A stretch of DNA of 63,336 nt, the filler included, from Octopus bimaculoides (Eukaryota): the NCBI RefSeq assembly GCF_001194135.2. It is 10 parts of 10 records of this genome, joined end to end, with 100 filler letters (N's around TTAATTAATTAA, not from the genome) between each part and the next. Parts side by side here need not be neighbours in the genome. Positions count along the whole stretch, not along the records: positions 1 to 18,076 come from NC_068984.1; 9 more parts are not named here. One strand, 5' to 3'. The notes below the pieces were generated by a model. It searched no databases and was not told where the DNA came from. It was given only the letters and a program-made list of their open reading frames with translations. How positions within the stretch are numbered: position 1 is the stretch's first letter; every line of letters begins with the position of its first letter. Shown here piece by piece: positions 1 through 13,119 of the stretch. The position numbers were made by a program, and so were the translations under genes.

Positions 1-265
1 TATATATATATAAAGCACAATTTATATGTAATCAGAGGTGTTCGAAAAACCAAGGTACTACTGTAATACTTTGCTTGGACACAAGTGAGAGCTGGCAACA
101 AGAGGGGCATCTGGCTATAGAAAATCTGCTTCAATAAACTCTAATGTATGTAATTAGAAAAGTGGACAATACAATTTTCTTCTCAAAATATCAAGTTGAA
201 AATAGATTTCTTACAAAAAAAAACCAAACAGTCAGACATCATTCATGAAAAGCAAATATACTTAC

Positions 266-422
266 AGAAGCTGCCCATAACTTTGCACTTTCATTAACAT
301 GCTTCATGAGACCCAAGCAGATTCCACCAATATCATCAGTACCATTTGTATCAAAACAGTGGTTTTTCACATGAGGTGACTTTACTGGATAATGTCCAAA
401 TGCAATTTTTCGACCATCAACT
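266..422 (-). CDS. Internal exon of unidentified protein (downstream exon of the pair)
   Basis: On the minus strand: acceptor attttatttcag, 157 bp, donor gtaagt. Only one frame is open (phase 2 start, phase 0 end): (R)VDGRKIAFGHYPVKSPHVKNHCFDTNGTDDIGGICLGLMKHVNESAKLWAAS. Phase matches exon 8718-8823. Confidence 0.6.
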
Positions 423-619
423 CTGAAATAAAATAGGATATTTTATGAAACAATATTTGATAATATAAAAGACACATAGGCATATTAGATACATCCCAAT
501 TTCAGCAGTGCATATTTAAGGAGAAAAAAATGTTTAGTGAATTAAAGCATGTAATATTTAAAACAATCAAGGCAACAAGCTGGCAGAATTATTAGCATGC
601 CAGGCAAAATGCTTAGTGG

Positions 620-790
620 TATTTCAACTGTCTTTACCTTCTGAGTTCAAAATCTGCCAAGGTCAGCTTTGTCTTTCATCCTTTTGGGGTTGATAAACTA
701 AGTACCAGTTGAGCACTGGAGTCAATTTAATTGACTTACCCAGTCCCTAAAACTGCTGGCCTTGAGCCAAAATTTGAAACCAATATCTAA
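620..790 (+). mobile_element. tRNA-headed SINE family B (gctggcagaa..ttagca..gttctgagttcaaa)
   Basis: Same motif chain recurs at 3975-4190, 36880-37090, 25370-25600 (-), 56240-56590 (-) and 62760-62860 (-). B-box-like gagttcaaa. Confidence 0.75.
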
Positions 791-1375
791 AGCAATCTAG
801 CAGTACATTACAAAAGTTCCTTAGCTATAGCAGAAAACATTACTGTATATGAAAAACTAAGTTAGCAGTACAGCTAATCATGAAGTAAGAAATCACAATA
901 GAGGAAACATCTGCCATGATTACAGTAACATACAGGAATACATTTTATATAAAAAGCAAGTTTCCACTACAGTTGAACATAAACCAAAACATATTAACAA
1001 AAAATTTAATCGTCTTCTAAGCCAGAAAAATCTTTATCAAATCCTATGACCTTGTCAACTTCACATATAGGATCCAGAGAGACTTTTTAAGATATTTTTT
1101 TTTTTTTTTTACATAGAAAAAAGTGCATCTTATATGCCATAACTTTATTATGCCATATGGTTAAGAGGTGTTGTTCTTATGGAAATCAAATTTGAATGCT
1201 ATGGTATCCATACAGTTCCAATAATTTACACTTTCTCTTATAATATGTAGTGATATAGCATTAGGTATCTACATTTTAAGAAATAAGTTTTACGAATTTG
1301 TATTGCAAGATTCTTATTAAAACAAATATTGTTATATTTTGGCATAGTCGTTGTTATTGTTGCCAAAAACACACC

Positions 1376-1581
1376 CACTATATATTCGTTCTTCAGTCGT
1401 TTATTACCGCTCTTATTTTAACTGATGTCCATTGTCTGGAAATCTTTTGTCAAACATCTGTGACCTCTTCGGCGACACTTTCCATCCTTGTGTATCCTCC
1501 TTCTCTACTTATCTCATTCTATTCTTGGACATCAGTTAAAATAAGAACGGTAATAAATGAGTGAAGAACGAATATATAGTG
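1376..1581. mobile_element. Foldback/MITE-like element with 56-bp inverted arms
   Basis: 1376-1431 (cactatatattcg...actgatgtcca) is the reverse complement of 1526-1581 with about 3 mismatches by eye. 94-bp spacer. Confidence 0.75.
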
Positions 1582-1684
1582 TTTGTTTATTTGGCAAAAA
1601 TCTTTTTAAATGACCGTCCCAAAATATAACAGTTTTACAAATGTTTAACATAAGTTAAATTTTGAAGTAAGTTTTCATTCATGA

Positions 1685-2275
1685 TTTAAGCCTTTAGCAT
1701 TCAGATTACTCTGTCGAATGCAATGCTTACTTATTCATACAGTTTTGAAATAATAATAATAATAATGTTGTTGGCATCCTTTTGTTTCGGGAGACAATGG
1801 AGTTTCGCATAAACTAATCCAGTCTGGTTTTTACACTTCATGTCCTCTCCAGTTTTATGCAGGCCTGGGCTAGATTTAAGAAAATCCTGGGTAGCCCAAT
1901 CGTCAGGATTCCTCTCTCGACCTTGCAGACATAGACCAAAGGAGTGCAGAGCATTACGTTTGGCATCAGCTTGGTTGCAGGAGCTGCCAGAAGAGTGTCG
2001 AGTTGAACACTAAACCGCCTACGGGGCTCCACTCCGGATTTCTTTGAAGGTTGTCTCCTTTCCGTAACCCTGGATAGGGGCCCATACCGGGTAGCAGTAA
2101 TAATAATAATAATAATAATAATAATGCATACATTTCATAGCTTCAAAATTTCAATGACATGATTGCTTACTTGTGGAATGACATTGAAGGGCAGATATAA
2201 GAGACCAGGTTAGGTTAGTTTTAAAGTAAAACAGGCAGAACATTTGTGTCAGATATGGCTGTGCCAAAGATTAAC
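1685..2275. mobile_element. TTAA-type MITE interrupted by an (AAT)n-flanked insertion
   Basis: 1685-1748 and 2126-2275 align to the uninterrupted family member at 16950-17176. Confidence 0.65.
1767..2098. mobile_element. 332-bp GC-richer insertion bounded by (AAT)n on both sides
   Basis: (AAT)n at 1749-1766 and 2099-2125. Inserted where the host MITE reads gttttgaattaatcatgc. Confidence 0.65.
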
Positions 2276-3322
2276 ACGGAGTACAACTACATCACAAGCT
2301 CTTGAATGGCGATTCTGCAAGTTCATTTGATATGTACATGAAAGTAATAAACTCAAGTGAATATAGAGATAAATGTATTATTTTCCAAAAGTTTTTCTAT
2401 CCAACAAAGTAATTTTAAAACAAAATAATCAAAAACAAAGACATGAAATCTTTCAGAAAATAAAAAAACTGTTGACATTAATTCCTTCATAGAACTGTTC
2501 ATGAACTAATAAAACATAAAGTCAAGCAATTACAGTCTCCAAAAACTGCTTCACACTACAAAAAGTCAGTAGTTCCAAAGATACTAAACAACAATAACAA
2601 ACACAAGGCTCTATTGTACACAAATGAAATAAGAAAAGAAACGCTTGCCAATAATGAAGGCATTACTGTATACTGTTTCACTTTCTGCAATATTTATATG
2701 CTTATATATACATGTCCCAGATCTGAATTAAAGACATTGTGAGAAAGTGAAAAAATATTATTCACAGTTGTTTTAACTCCTCCCCAATTCTGCTTTATTC
2801 TCCCACACTGTCTTTTTTTTTTTTTCTTTCTCACACTTTCTCATAATTTGTTGTTTTTCCTATATCACCCAGCCTCACTTTTTCGAAGGCAAAAGAAATA
2901 TGAGGGGGGATAGGTTAAGAACAAAGTATAATTGATAACCCCTTGATTAGTAATAAAAGAGAAGGAAAGTAACAACCAAATAAATATACAGAAAACTCCT
3001 TTGGGCATCATTAACAGGCCACAAGGAGAATGGGCAGTGAGCAACGATCAAGTGGGCCTATGATCAAGGCATTCCAATCATGACTACCACATCACTGTCT
3101 CCTGTAACTTTTCTTCTTTCTTCTTTTAAGCCTGGTACTTATTCTATCAGCCTCATTTGCTGAACTACTAAGTTATGGGTATGTAAACACACCAACAATG
3201 GTTGTCAAGCGGTGGTGGGGACAAACACACACACACAATAGATATATGATGGGTTTCCACAGTTTCTGCCAACTAAATTCACTTATGAAGCATTTGTTGC
3301 AATCCTGACCTGCTTCTAAGTG

Positions 3323-3359
<37 letters not shown>

Positions 3360-3974
3360 CATGCATGCGCGCGCACACATGCATGCATGTGTGTTCTTCT
3401 CTTAACATTGCCCGATTGTTGTAGATGAGCATCCTTCATTTCCAATATTCTGCAAAAAAGCATGTCTGGCCTGGCCAAGGAAAACTATTATTTTTGCTTG
3501 GAAACAGGTAAGGGCCACCAACAGAACAAGCATCCAGCTGTAGAAAATTTGCCACAGTAAACTCCATGCAAGCCTGGAAAAGTGAGCATTAAAAGGAAGA
3601 GGGATTCCTATATCAAAGACAGAAAATGGTGTCTGGTTGACAAACAGTGTTTGTTACACACTTCGGTTTTTTTACTTCACTAAGCTGATTGCTAAGTCAC
3701 AAGATTATCAGTGTTTTTATAGGATTTTCAAAACAACCACTGCAGAGTTAAATTCAAGTATTTGTCACAAAGTAATGTTAATAGATTATTCCTATTATGG
3801 ATTATGGCAATTAAAGTAGTTGATGGCATAAAAGACACATGGGTATATGAGACACTCCTCATTTCATCATCATCATCACCAAGGGGAACTATTACTTTAC
3901 TTGGAAGCAGGTCAGGATTGCAACAAATACCTTGTAAGTGAATTTAGTTGGCAGAAACTGTGGAAGCCGTTTCA

Positions 3975-4190
3975 AGGCGGCGAGCTGGCAGAAACGTTAG
4001 AACGCCAGGCAAAATTCTGAGCGGTATTTCATCTCCCGCTACGTTCTGAGTTCAAATTCTGCCTTTTAGGGTCAATTAAATAAGTATCAGTTACGCACTG
4101 GGTTCGATATAATCGACTTAATCCCTTTGCCTGTCCTTGTTTGTCCCCTCTATGTTTAGCCCCTTGTGGTCAATAAAGAAATAAGAAACT
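3975..4190 (+). mobile_element. SINE family B, near full length
   Basis: ggcggcgagctggcagaaacgttag head and tail gccccttgtggtcaataaagaaataagaaac. Reverse copy at 56340-56590. Confidence 0.8.
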
Positions 4191-4619
4191 GTGGAAGCCC
4201 ATCATATATCTGTGTATTTTTGTGTATGTTTGTTCCCTCTTCCCATTGCTTGAAAACCTGTGTTAGTTTGTTTATATCCATATAACTGAATGCTGCAGTG
4301 TATTAGGTGCTCTTTACATGGCACCAGCATGGGTACTCTATATGTGGCTTTGACACAGGTTCTTTTTATGTAGCACCAGTGGTTTGTATGCTTGGGAAAA
4401 ATATACAATCAATCTATAGGAGACCCAACATCACATATAGAACCTGGGGGGGATTTTTTAAAACTTTTATTTTTTTAAAGGTGCATCTTATATGCCATCA
4501 AATATGGTAGGTTTTTAGCAATATAAATCATTTAAATTGATTTCAATTTCATCTCAGAACTGCACAGCAGAAAGACCACATATTCCTCTCACAAAATAAA
4601 TAAATCATTATCATCATCC

Positions 4620-4850
4620 TTATCATCATCATCATTATCGTTTAACATCCGTTTTCCATGCTGGCATGGGTTGGACAGTTTGACTGGAGACTGGCAAGCC
4701 CGGAGGCCGCACCAGGCTCCAATCTGATCTGGCAATGTTTCTACAGCTAGATGCCCTTCCTAAAGCCAACCACTCCGAGAGTGTAGTGCATGCTTTTTGT
4801 GTGCCACTGGCACGGGAGCCAGTCAGGGGTACTGGTATCGGCCACATTTG
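4620..4850 (-). mobile_element. RTE LINE 3' UTR fragment with (GAT)n tail
   Basis: Reverse of ccactacactctcggagtggttggc...ccagcatggaaaacggacgttaaacgatgatg. Further copies near 7215-7360, 7950-8145, 9500-9670, 11440-11670, 16310-16500, 39230-39500 and 42555-42880. Confidence 0.8.
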
Positions 4851-7800
4851 GAAGGTAAGAAACTATATTAAATAATCTTTATTTTATTTTATAACCAAAT
4901 CAAAATCTGAAGGAAAAGTTGTTGGTAAACTAGAGCAGGATGTGTAGAAAATTTAAAAAAAAAAAAAAAAAGAAAGAAAAAAGGCTGAACAGCTAGCCAT
5001 GATGTTGAGTTTGAATAAACAATAGACATCTTGTTGCATATTTAGAATTAAAATCTTCAAGCCATTACATTGTACCACTGAACAAGGCACATAACTCTGT
5101 TTGCTCCAACTTAAAGACACTGGACAACTATCCGTAGGTCAGTAGTTCATGTTCTGTTAGTCAACAGGATACCACATCCTGTCCCTGGCTAAAGGCCTTG
5201 AAATTTTAAATATGGTTCACCTTGCTGAAAATAGTACTACGAGATAGAAAACGAATCACCCTTGTAAGTAAAAATTAACAAGCATTTCATTAGGCTGTAG
5301 TGAAGAGTCCAAATCAAGTAAGACAAAAATTCAGCGAAAGTGATAAGTATTATATCAGTGCCTCTTAATTGTCTTAGTACACCATTACTTTGAATTTAGA
5401 TTCTAACGAATGGAGAAGCTAAAGTCATAGCTAGGATCCTTGAAGCAGTCTTCTACATTCACCATTTCATTGTAGCAACTTTTTCAACAAATCCATTCCT
5501 AAGTTGTTTTGGAAACTCTCCCTTCCTTTGCGATGTGTGCTTATATGAGTAGATGGTAGATTATTAGATTTGGTTGCGTTTTCTAGCAGTTCAAAGAAAT
5601 AGGTAAAAACTTAATTGTTAGCATGAATTATAACAGGTAGCAAGGGCACCTGACTATAAAACATCACTTACAAAATGAAATACCATGACACTCACACTAG
5701 CCTTAATAAATAGATGTAAAGAATGACAAGCAAAACACTATTGCACATGTGCCCCCAATTACTTATTGAAAACAAGCACCAGATAATATGTGAATGTCCA
5801 AAATAAAGATTTGTCTTTCATCTGACTTATTGTCATAAATCCAAAGGCAAGCATTGATCTTTAAAAGTTTCTTGACACAAAGGAGATATTCACATCTTGC
5901 AAAGCTGTGAATACTGATTTAGCAACATGTGTTATTTGCAAACAATGAAAAAACCTAACAAAGGCTAACTTAAACTGCCACTCTGGATTTGCTAGATCAG
6001 AGATGACCTGGGGCTTAAACAATGACTGTTGCTGTAGTTCTACTAGATCAAAGTTGTTAATGCTTGAGCAGGTCAACAGAGAGGGAGGGAAGAGAGACAG
6101 AGAGAAGTGGGGTGGGGGTGGGGGTGGGTTGCTATGCCGATTAATCCTTTCGTAGCCATAATTTCAATGAACTATACTATACTTCAATTAATTTTTTAAT
6201 AAACCAAGAATTCCGAGAGGTTTAATAAAATAATCAAGTATTAATTGGCTTTAAAGCATTATTCACCCCTTTGTTACCATATTTCGTTTGAAACACTGCA
6301 TTTGTTCCAGTTATTTGAAACACTGCATTTGTTCCAGTTTTTGGAAATAACGAAAAAGTTAGTGAAATAATTTTTGTCATTGTTAAACTAGTATTTGGAA
6401 CATAAGTCAACACGAAATTTCAATAGAAGGTTTTTAGATCACTTAAACATAGGAAGGTTTATATTACAGAATCAGGGATAGTCTTAAACATGTGGGCTAT
6501 CAGAAGGTTTTCACAAAAAATGAGATTTTATATTTTAGAGCCAATATTGGTGTCAGATGGGTTTTTACCAAAAGAGTTAAAACAAATTCCTGGACCTCAA
6601 TGTCTCAAGTATTATATATTAAACCAATATCATCAAAGAAAAGTTCTTCTGGAGCAGCCTTTTTTCTCTTGTGGTACACTTATATTCTTTTCAAAATTCG
6701 GTGGCACACCTGAACTAAAAGTATATATTAAGAGTATGGGGGAAAAAATTATATTCGGGTTACACTGTGGCATGCCTAGCATTGTCTTCAGGCACACCAG
6801 TGTGCCCTGACATAACAGTTGTGGAGCACTGTCCTAGAGACATACAAAGTAAGACTCTTACAGTGGTTCGGACGCGAAGAAGAGCAGTGCCAATGATCTT
6901 GTTGAGAGCCTCTGTAACTAGAGAGAGGAAGTTATTGTCAAGCCAAAGAGGTCTGGACCAAATGCTTGCAGCAGAATGGCACCAACAAAAAGCATTCAAG
7001 GGCCAGTTAACAAATTAAGTCTATCACCTAAGGACAGGAATGATTCCTCTAACAGGTTTCCATATGATAACCAAATTTCACTCACAAAGCTTTGGTCCAC
7101 CCAATGGTATCACAGAAGCTACACAACTAAAGTACTGTGCAACAGAACTGAATTCAAAGTCATGTAACTGCAAAGCCAGTTGTGACAAAGACCAGTGTCA
7201 CGCAAATGGCAAATAAAAGCACCCATTGGTTGGCATTAGGAAGGGCATCCAGCTGTAGAAAACCATGTCAAATCAGACTGGAGTCTGGTGCAGCTTTCCA
7301 GCCCTGGTCAAACTGTCCAATCCATGAGAGCATGGACAACGGACTTTAAATGATGATATGTGTAGGAAATTAGCATATTTTTAAGAGCAACATTGGCTGA
7401 AATACATGTCTGTATAATATATGTAGAAAATATATATTTTGTATGTGAACTTCTACTGTGGCATTATGGATATTTCATTCAGAGATGAGAAAAGTGCTGC
7501 AAAAATATTTTATTATTTATACACATGCTACAAATTATCACTATTTAGAAATTATCTGTGTGTATGTGTATGTTCACTTAAGTGTAACAGTAATGGGTTA
7601 GTAAAATGATAGTGGTAGCAATATTCTCTAAAGATGTAGTTAATAATCTGAAAATTTATAATATTGTTTAATCCTCTTGATACCAGCCCACCTGAGACCA
7701 CCCTTGGTTTTATGATACAAACTTCCTGTTTTAAAATGATTTTCCATCAAAGCTTCATGCTAATTTAGGCTCCAAACACCAGTTTAATAATGACAGTCAT

Positions 7801-8142
7801 CTTATGAAATTTTTCATTATTTTCAAAATTATTTGAAATAAAAGCAGTGTATTTCAACAGAAATATAACCAGAGGGCTTGAAGTATATGCTTTATATATG
7901 GTAGAATTTTTTTCTGGAAAGCCAAGCATCCATGTAAAAATCACCTATGCTGGTGCCATGTAAAAAGCATCCAGTACACTCTGTAAAGTGGTTGGCATTA
8001 GGAAGGGCATCCACCCATAAAAAACCATGCCAAAACAGACAATTGGAACCTGATGCTGCTAACAAGCTGGTCAACTCCTGTCAAACAATCCAATCCATGC
8101 CAGCATGGAAAACAGACATTAACTAATGATGATGATGATGAT

Positions 8143-8179
<37 letters not shown>

Positions 8180-8249
8180 GAGACATAGGAATAAGGAACT
8201 TTCAAGATGCTTATGCAGTTTGTTGAATTGTATCCTTCTTTCAGTAGCT

Positions 8250-8458
8250 ACTCTTTTTTCTTTTACTTGTTTCAGTCATTTGACTGTGGCCATGCTGGAG
8301 CATCACCTTTACTCAAACAAATCGACCCCAGGACTTATTCTATCAGTCTCTATTGCCAAACCACTAAGTTACAGGGATGTAAACACACCAACATCGGTTA
8401 TCAAGTGATGGTGGTAGGGACAAACACAGACACACAAATATATACATACACACACGTG

Positions 8459-8515
<57 letters not shown>

Positions 8516-8680
8516 GAGCTTCTTTCAGTTTCCATCTCCCAAATTCACTCACAAGGCTTTGGTCGGCCCAAGGCTATAGCAGAAGACACTTGCCCAAGAT
8601 GCAACGGAGTGGGACTGAACCTGGAACCATGTGGTTGGGAAGCAAGCTTCTTACCACACAGCCACTCCTGCACCTGAAAA
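8250..8680 (-). mobile_element. tRNA-headed SINE family A with internal (TA)n/(TC)n
   Basis: Reverse of ggctgtgtggtaagaagcttgct..ggttccaggttcagtccc..cttgggcaagtgtctt and tail gctccagcatggcc.cagtcaaatgactgaaacaagtaaaag. Confidence 0.85.
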
Positions 8681-8717
8681 TATATTTTTAAAAACAAATG
8701 ACTGAACACCAACTTAC

Positions 8718-8823
8718 CTAATGTTTGAACATGTCCATGTTCTGGAAGTATATACACCTGGAGTCATGTTACCACAAGATACTTTTCTGTTGTAGATTAA
8801 ACTTGTTGGCAGGAATGATTTAT
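8718..8823 (-). CDS. Internal exon of unidentified protein (upstream exon of the pair)
   Basis: Acceptor ctcatttttttag, 106 bp, donor gtaagt. Only one frame is open across the whole exon (phase 1 start, phase 2 end): KSFLPTSLIYNRKVSCGNMTPGVYTSRTWTCSNI(R). Joins exon 266-422 in frame. Confidence 0.55.
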
Positions 8824-9675
8824 CTAAAAAAATGAGTAAAAAACAGAGAAACAGTCAATAACAACGAAAATCAGAAATACTAATTTGATAGTACATTTTT
8901 AAAAAGAATATTCATGCTGACTTGGTAGTGGATGAATACAAATGTAGTTACATTTTAACTGATATAAATATTTCTAAGCTGACCTTTAAGTAACGCAGGT
9001 TAGAAGTTAGACACAATATGTAAGGTGATGCGAATAAATAAGAGCACAGACAAGATATTGAATCATCCTCCATAGTTTGTTTAATACTTCTTTTATATTT
9101 CAGCCTGCCAATAATAATACTTTTTCTCCAAACTCTTGGATTATTTTTCTATTTTACATTCGATTTCCACACCCCAGCCCCAGCTCCTGCAGACGACCTA
9201 ACCAGGTCATCTCTTTCTTGCAATATCATCTTTACTGCTTTTGTTGCATCCTGACCCCAACTCCTTTGCATCCCTCTATCTTCACCAACTCATGGTTCCT
9301 TGCTTGCCACCCTTCAACCCTACCAATTTTGGCAGTCTACCCCCACCACCTCATTCTCCTTCCTAAACTATCTTACAAACTGATTCTTCAACTCACCTTG
9401 AGGAGCCACCCAAGCACCTTATTGCCATTATCTATCTCTTGTAGCTCCTACTGTTCATTTTTTCCCTCATTCCCCTACCCCATGGCAACCTCAATAGTGC
9501 AGGTGGTATGAAAAAAAAACCCATTCAGCCCATGCTGTAAAGTGGTTGATGTGAGGTAGGGCATCTAGGGTAACATTCATACCAAAACAGACATTGGAAC
9601 ATGATGCAGTCCTTGGACACATTGGATCCTGTCAAACCATCCAACCCATGCCAGCAAGAAACATGTGCATTAACC

Positions 9676-9897
9676 CTTTAGTATGTAAACTGGCTATCTC
9701 TGGCACAAATATTCTACTTGTTTTATACTCAAAATGGCCAAATTTGACATCTTTCACATACCCTACAATGACATTTAAAAAATAAACAAATACATCGTCA
9801 AAATCTTGAAGCTACAAGATAATGCACAACAAATTCAAAACAATGTGAATAAATAAGCATTACATTTGAAAGAATAATCTCAAGGTTAAAGGGTTAG
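9676..9897. mobile_element. TTAA-CCC..GGG MITE (piggyBac-like termini)
   Basis: Starts ttaacccttt, ends taaagggttag. Opposite-orientation relative of 16950-17176. Confidence 0.6.
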
Positions 9898-9939
9898 ATG
9901 ATGATGATGATGAAGCTTTCCTACAATATAAAAGAAGCA

Positions 9940-10262
9940 TTAAAAAGACCCCCTTCAGTCATGAAGGACCATGGGATTGCACCTAAAAGGTTACCCTTTG
10001 AGGAACAAGTCCAGGCAAGGTTGTTTATGGAAGACCAGCAGTTGCCCATGCATACCAGCCTCCACTCTCCACACCACCAGTGTTATCCAAGGGAAAGGCA
10101 AAGGCTGATACAGCTTGGCACCAGTGACGCTGCACTCATTTCTGCAGCTGAGTGGACTGGAGCAACAGGAAATAGAATGTCTTGCTCAAGAACACAACAC
10201 ACAGCCCAACTCACTACCTCATGATTGAAAACCCAATGCTCTAATCACTGAGCCATGTGCCT
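9940..10262 (-). mobile_element. tRNA-headed SINE, distinct body (family E)
   Basis: Head ggcacatggctcagtg..gtgttcttgagcaagac..gctccagtccactcagctg. Related copies at 21800-21970 and 25800-25930. Confidence 0.65.
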
Positions 10263-10696
10263 AAGACACATTAAGCAACCTATATATGGTAATACAATGT
10301 CTTGACTTTGTTCTCATTGCCTAAAGGTCTTCTTCAAAATATATTTACACACTGCAATGCTTCAAACAAATTGCAATACTCTTTTATACTTTAACTGTTA
10401 ATTCGTTGAAACAATTGATGCATCTCACCAGCAATATTATCATATTCAAACAGGCACAGAAATCTCGTTACCTTGTCAATATGCATGACCAAACCTAACA
10501 GGAAGATTAACCAAATGCTTGTTTATTGTTAATAAGATTATAATTTTTTGGACTATTAACCTCAACTTGACAGACAAAACATTTACTATTTACATCCCCA
10601 CTATATTTCTTACCTATTATCATCATCAGATGTTTTATTCCTTGATGTACACACAATACTGGCTGGGATTCAAACTAAGGACCTTTACTTCTAAAC

Positions 10697-11013
10697 TAGT
10701 GGTTTTCATCTGGGGTCTATATGACCCCTTGGGGTCCTTATAAGATTTGAGGGGTTCACATAAGCAAAATAAAAGACTGGGTCCTTGATAAAATTTTGTT
10801 TTAGATGTAGTTATTGCAAGAAACAGCTATATTCTTTTCTCTGCTGTTTTACATAGTTCGGCCTACACAAGGGTATGTGTGAATAACAAAATAGGAATTT
10901 TGAAAGAAGTATCTACAAAACTAGTTTTTAAACACTGACTGACCATAGGGACCCATCAGAATACAAATAGTAATCAAAGGGGTCCATTGATAAGAAATGG
11001 TTGAGAACCATTG
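10697..11013. mobile_element. hAT/Charlie-like MITE
   Basis: Termini tagtggttttca / ttgagaaccattg. Flanks ttctaaac and atctaaat resemble the NTCTAGAN 8-bp target site duplication (TSD) of Charlie elements. Confidence 0.55.
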
Positions 11014-12924
11014 ATCTAAATTAAAGGTAGTGACACTTATTCATCAAGCCATGACAGAAACTCAGGAAATCAAAGAATTAATGGATGTCAATACAAGGAA
11101 TATGACAGGTGAAATCTGAAGATCCAACCTCAACAACACAAAAGCATGAATAATGAATTTTTAATTTGATACAAAGCTACCAATAATGAGGAAGGGATAG
11201 TTAGTTGAATCAGGTAGAAAGGGGATAGTTAACTGAACTGAATAATTGCTACTTTCTCAACACCTCCCAGATAGAAGGATGAGAGTCAATGCCAGCATTA
11301 GAGGATTTAAACTGAGAACATGGAAAGCCAATACGTCACACTGTTACATATTTAGTGAAGATGTGTGGCCTTGTGGTTAGGGTGTTGTACTCATGACTAA
11401 GATTATGGTTTCAATTCCTGGGCAGTGACAGGTGACCAAGACCTTTGGCGGTCAAGCCAAGTGAGATCGTAGCTGTGGCCAATGCTGGTGTCATGTAAAT
11501 GTTACTCACTACACTCTTGGAGTGGTTGGCATTAGGAAGGGCATCAAACCAGGACAAATGAGATTGGAACCTGATGCAGCTCCCCAGCTTTTGGACAGAC
11601 CGTCAAAATCATGCCAGCATGGAAAACAGACATTAAATAATGATGATGATGATGATGATGATGATGATAGTGTGCTGTGAGCAAAATGTTTTCCCAGTGT
11701 TTCTGTTCCACTGAACTAACTAGCAGGCTGAAAACAACCTGAGTCAAAGCCTGCCCGATAGTCATGCTGTTTTCCTAACCACCATCTAAACGCACTGAAG
11801 ACTCGGCTCAACCCTTTCTTCCCAAATTTGCAACCCTAAGAAATCCCTTCTGGTCCATATTATCATATTATTCTTTAGTTTCATCTTAGCCTTGATTGAG
11901 CAGGCTGATAATCAAAAGCAGTCCAGTTATGACCATCCCGTCTTTTTTGTATATCTAGGACATTGTCCAACGAGTCCATTTTTCTTTTAAAACTTAGTTG
12001 CTATTTCTAGTAGGTTGAGCAACCATGCAGTTGGTCCTTTTTTTTTTTCTCACTTCTTTTATTAGCTAATGTTTTCAATACAAGCATGACCCAAATCAAC
12101 AGCACCAATCTCACCAGTCTGAAGAAGATTACAAAAGGTCATTGTCCTTCATCACAGACTAAACAGGAGAAAAGGTTATGCTGTTCAGTATCTTAGTGGA
12201 AAAAAAAAATCCACACACAGCAGTAAATAATTCAGTTGTTGATGGTGTTACCAATGAAAATGGTGATGCTGGTATTCGTCATAATGACAGTAAAGTGTAA
12301 CCATTTCTTAAATAATCATCCTCATCAATCATTATCTCATTAACTGTCTCTGTTTACCACCATTTGCCCATGTCACTATGGTAACTGTATAACTGAATAC
12401 TCAGAGCTTCTGATGGCAACCAGAGCATGTAGGGGATATGGAGGAAGGAGAAGAGGAGAGACAGTGATGAAGTAAATATTTCTTATATTATCATAATTGC
12501 TGGAGAGAAAATTATATTACTGACAGTCCAATACAAGATCAGATTCCAATATCCAGCTGAAAATATGTTAGTAATCCCCTTTATGAAAGACACAGTGATC
12601 GTTAACCTTCAATATCCCTTTTTCCATAAATGCAAGGCTTCATACTTCAATAAAGTCTGATACAAGAATGAGCCAATGATTTGTGGAGAAATAATTAGGT
12701 AGCTGTGACATTTTCCAAGGATTGACAACTTAAGGCAATCTTCAAGTAAAACTCAAAACTAAGTTCTTATTATAGTCTATTAGTCACACAATAATCTACA
12801 TTAGTTATTGGTCTTAAAAGTTCTTCATCTGTTATTAATCTGAAACCTTTAGCAATCAAGGGGTATGAACAGAAAAGAAAGAGAGAAAAAAATAGGATCA
12901 ATAAATCATTTAGTTCATTGAAAC

Positions 12925-13119
12925 CGTATCGGGACAATTATCCCCGAGGACAATTCCCCTATCCCCACCCCAATAGGACAATTCCCCTCCGACAACAACT
13001 ACCCCTAGGACAATTACTCCCCTTGATTAATTACCCCCTCTCTAATATATTAAGAAGTTTTAAATCATCATCTGTTGTCTTCGGGGTAATTGTCCTTGGG
13101 GGGAAAAAATGTCCTAGAC
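12925..13119. mobile_element. Small DNA transposon with 10-bp direct-repeat flank and internal GGACAATT(A/C)CCC repeats (Mutator-like)
   Basis: tcattgaaac at 12915-12924 and 13120-13129. Four ggacaatt..ccc units on the left, inverted ggggtaattgtcct on the right. Confidence 0.65.

Noticed and set aside
5861-6076. 71-aa minus-strand ORF as a further exon of the unidentified gene
   Set aside because: No convincing donor, an in-frame stop, and it is not needed for phase continuity.
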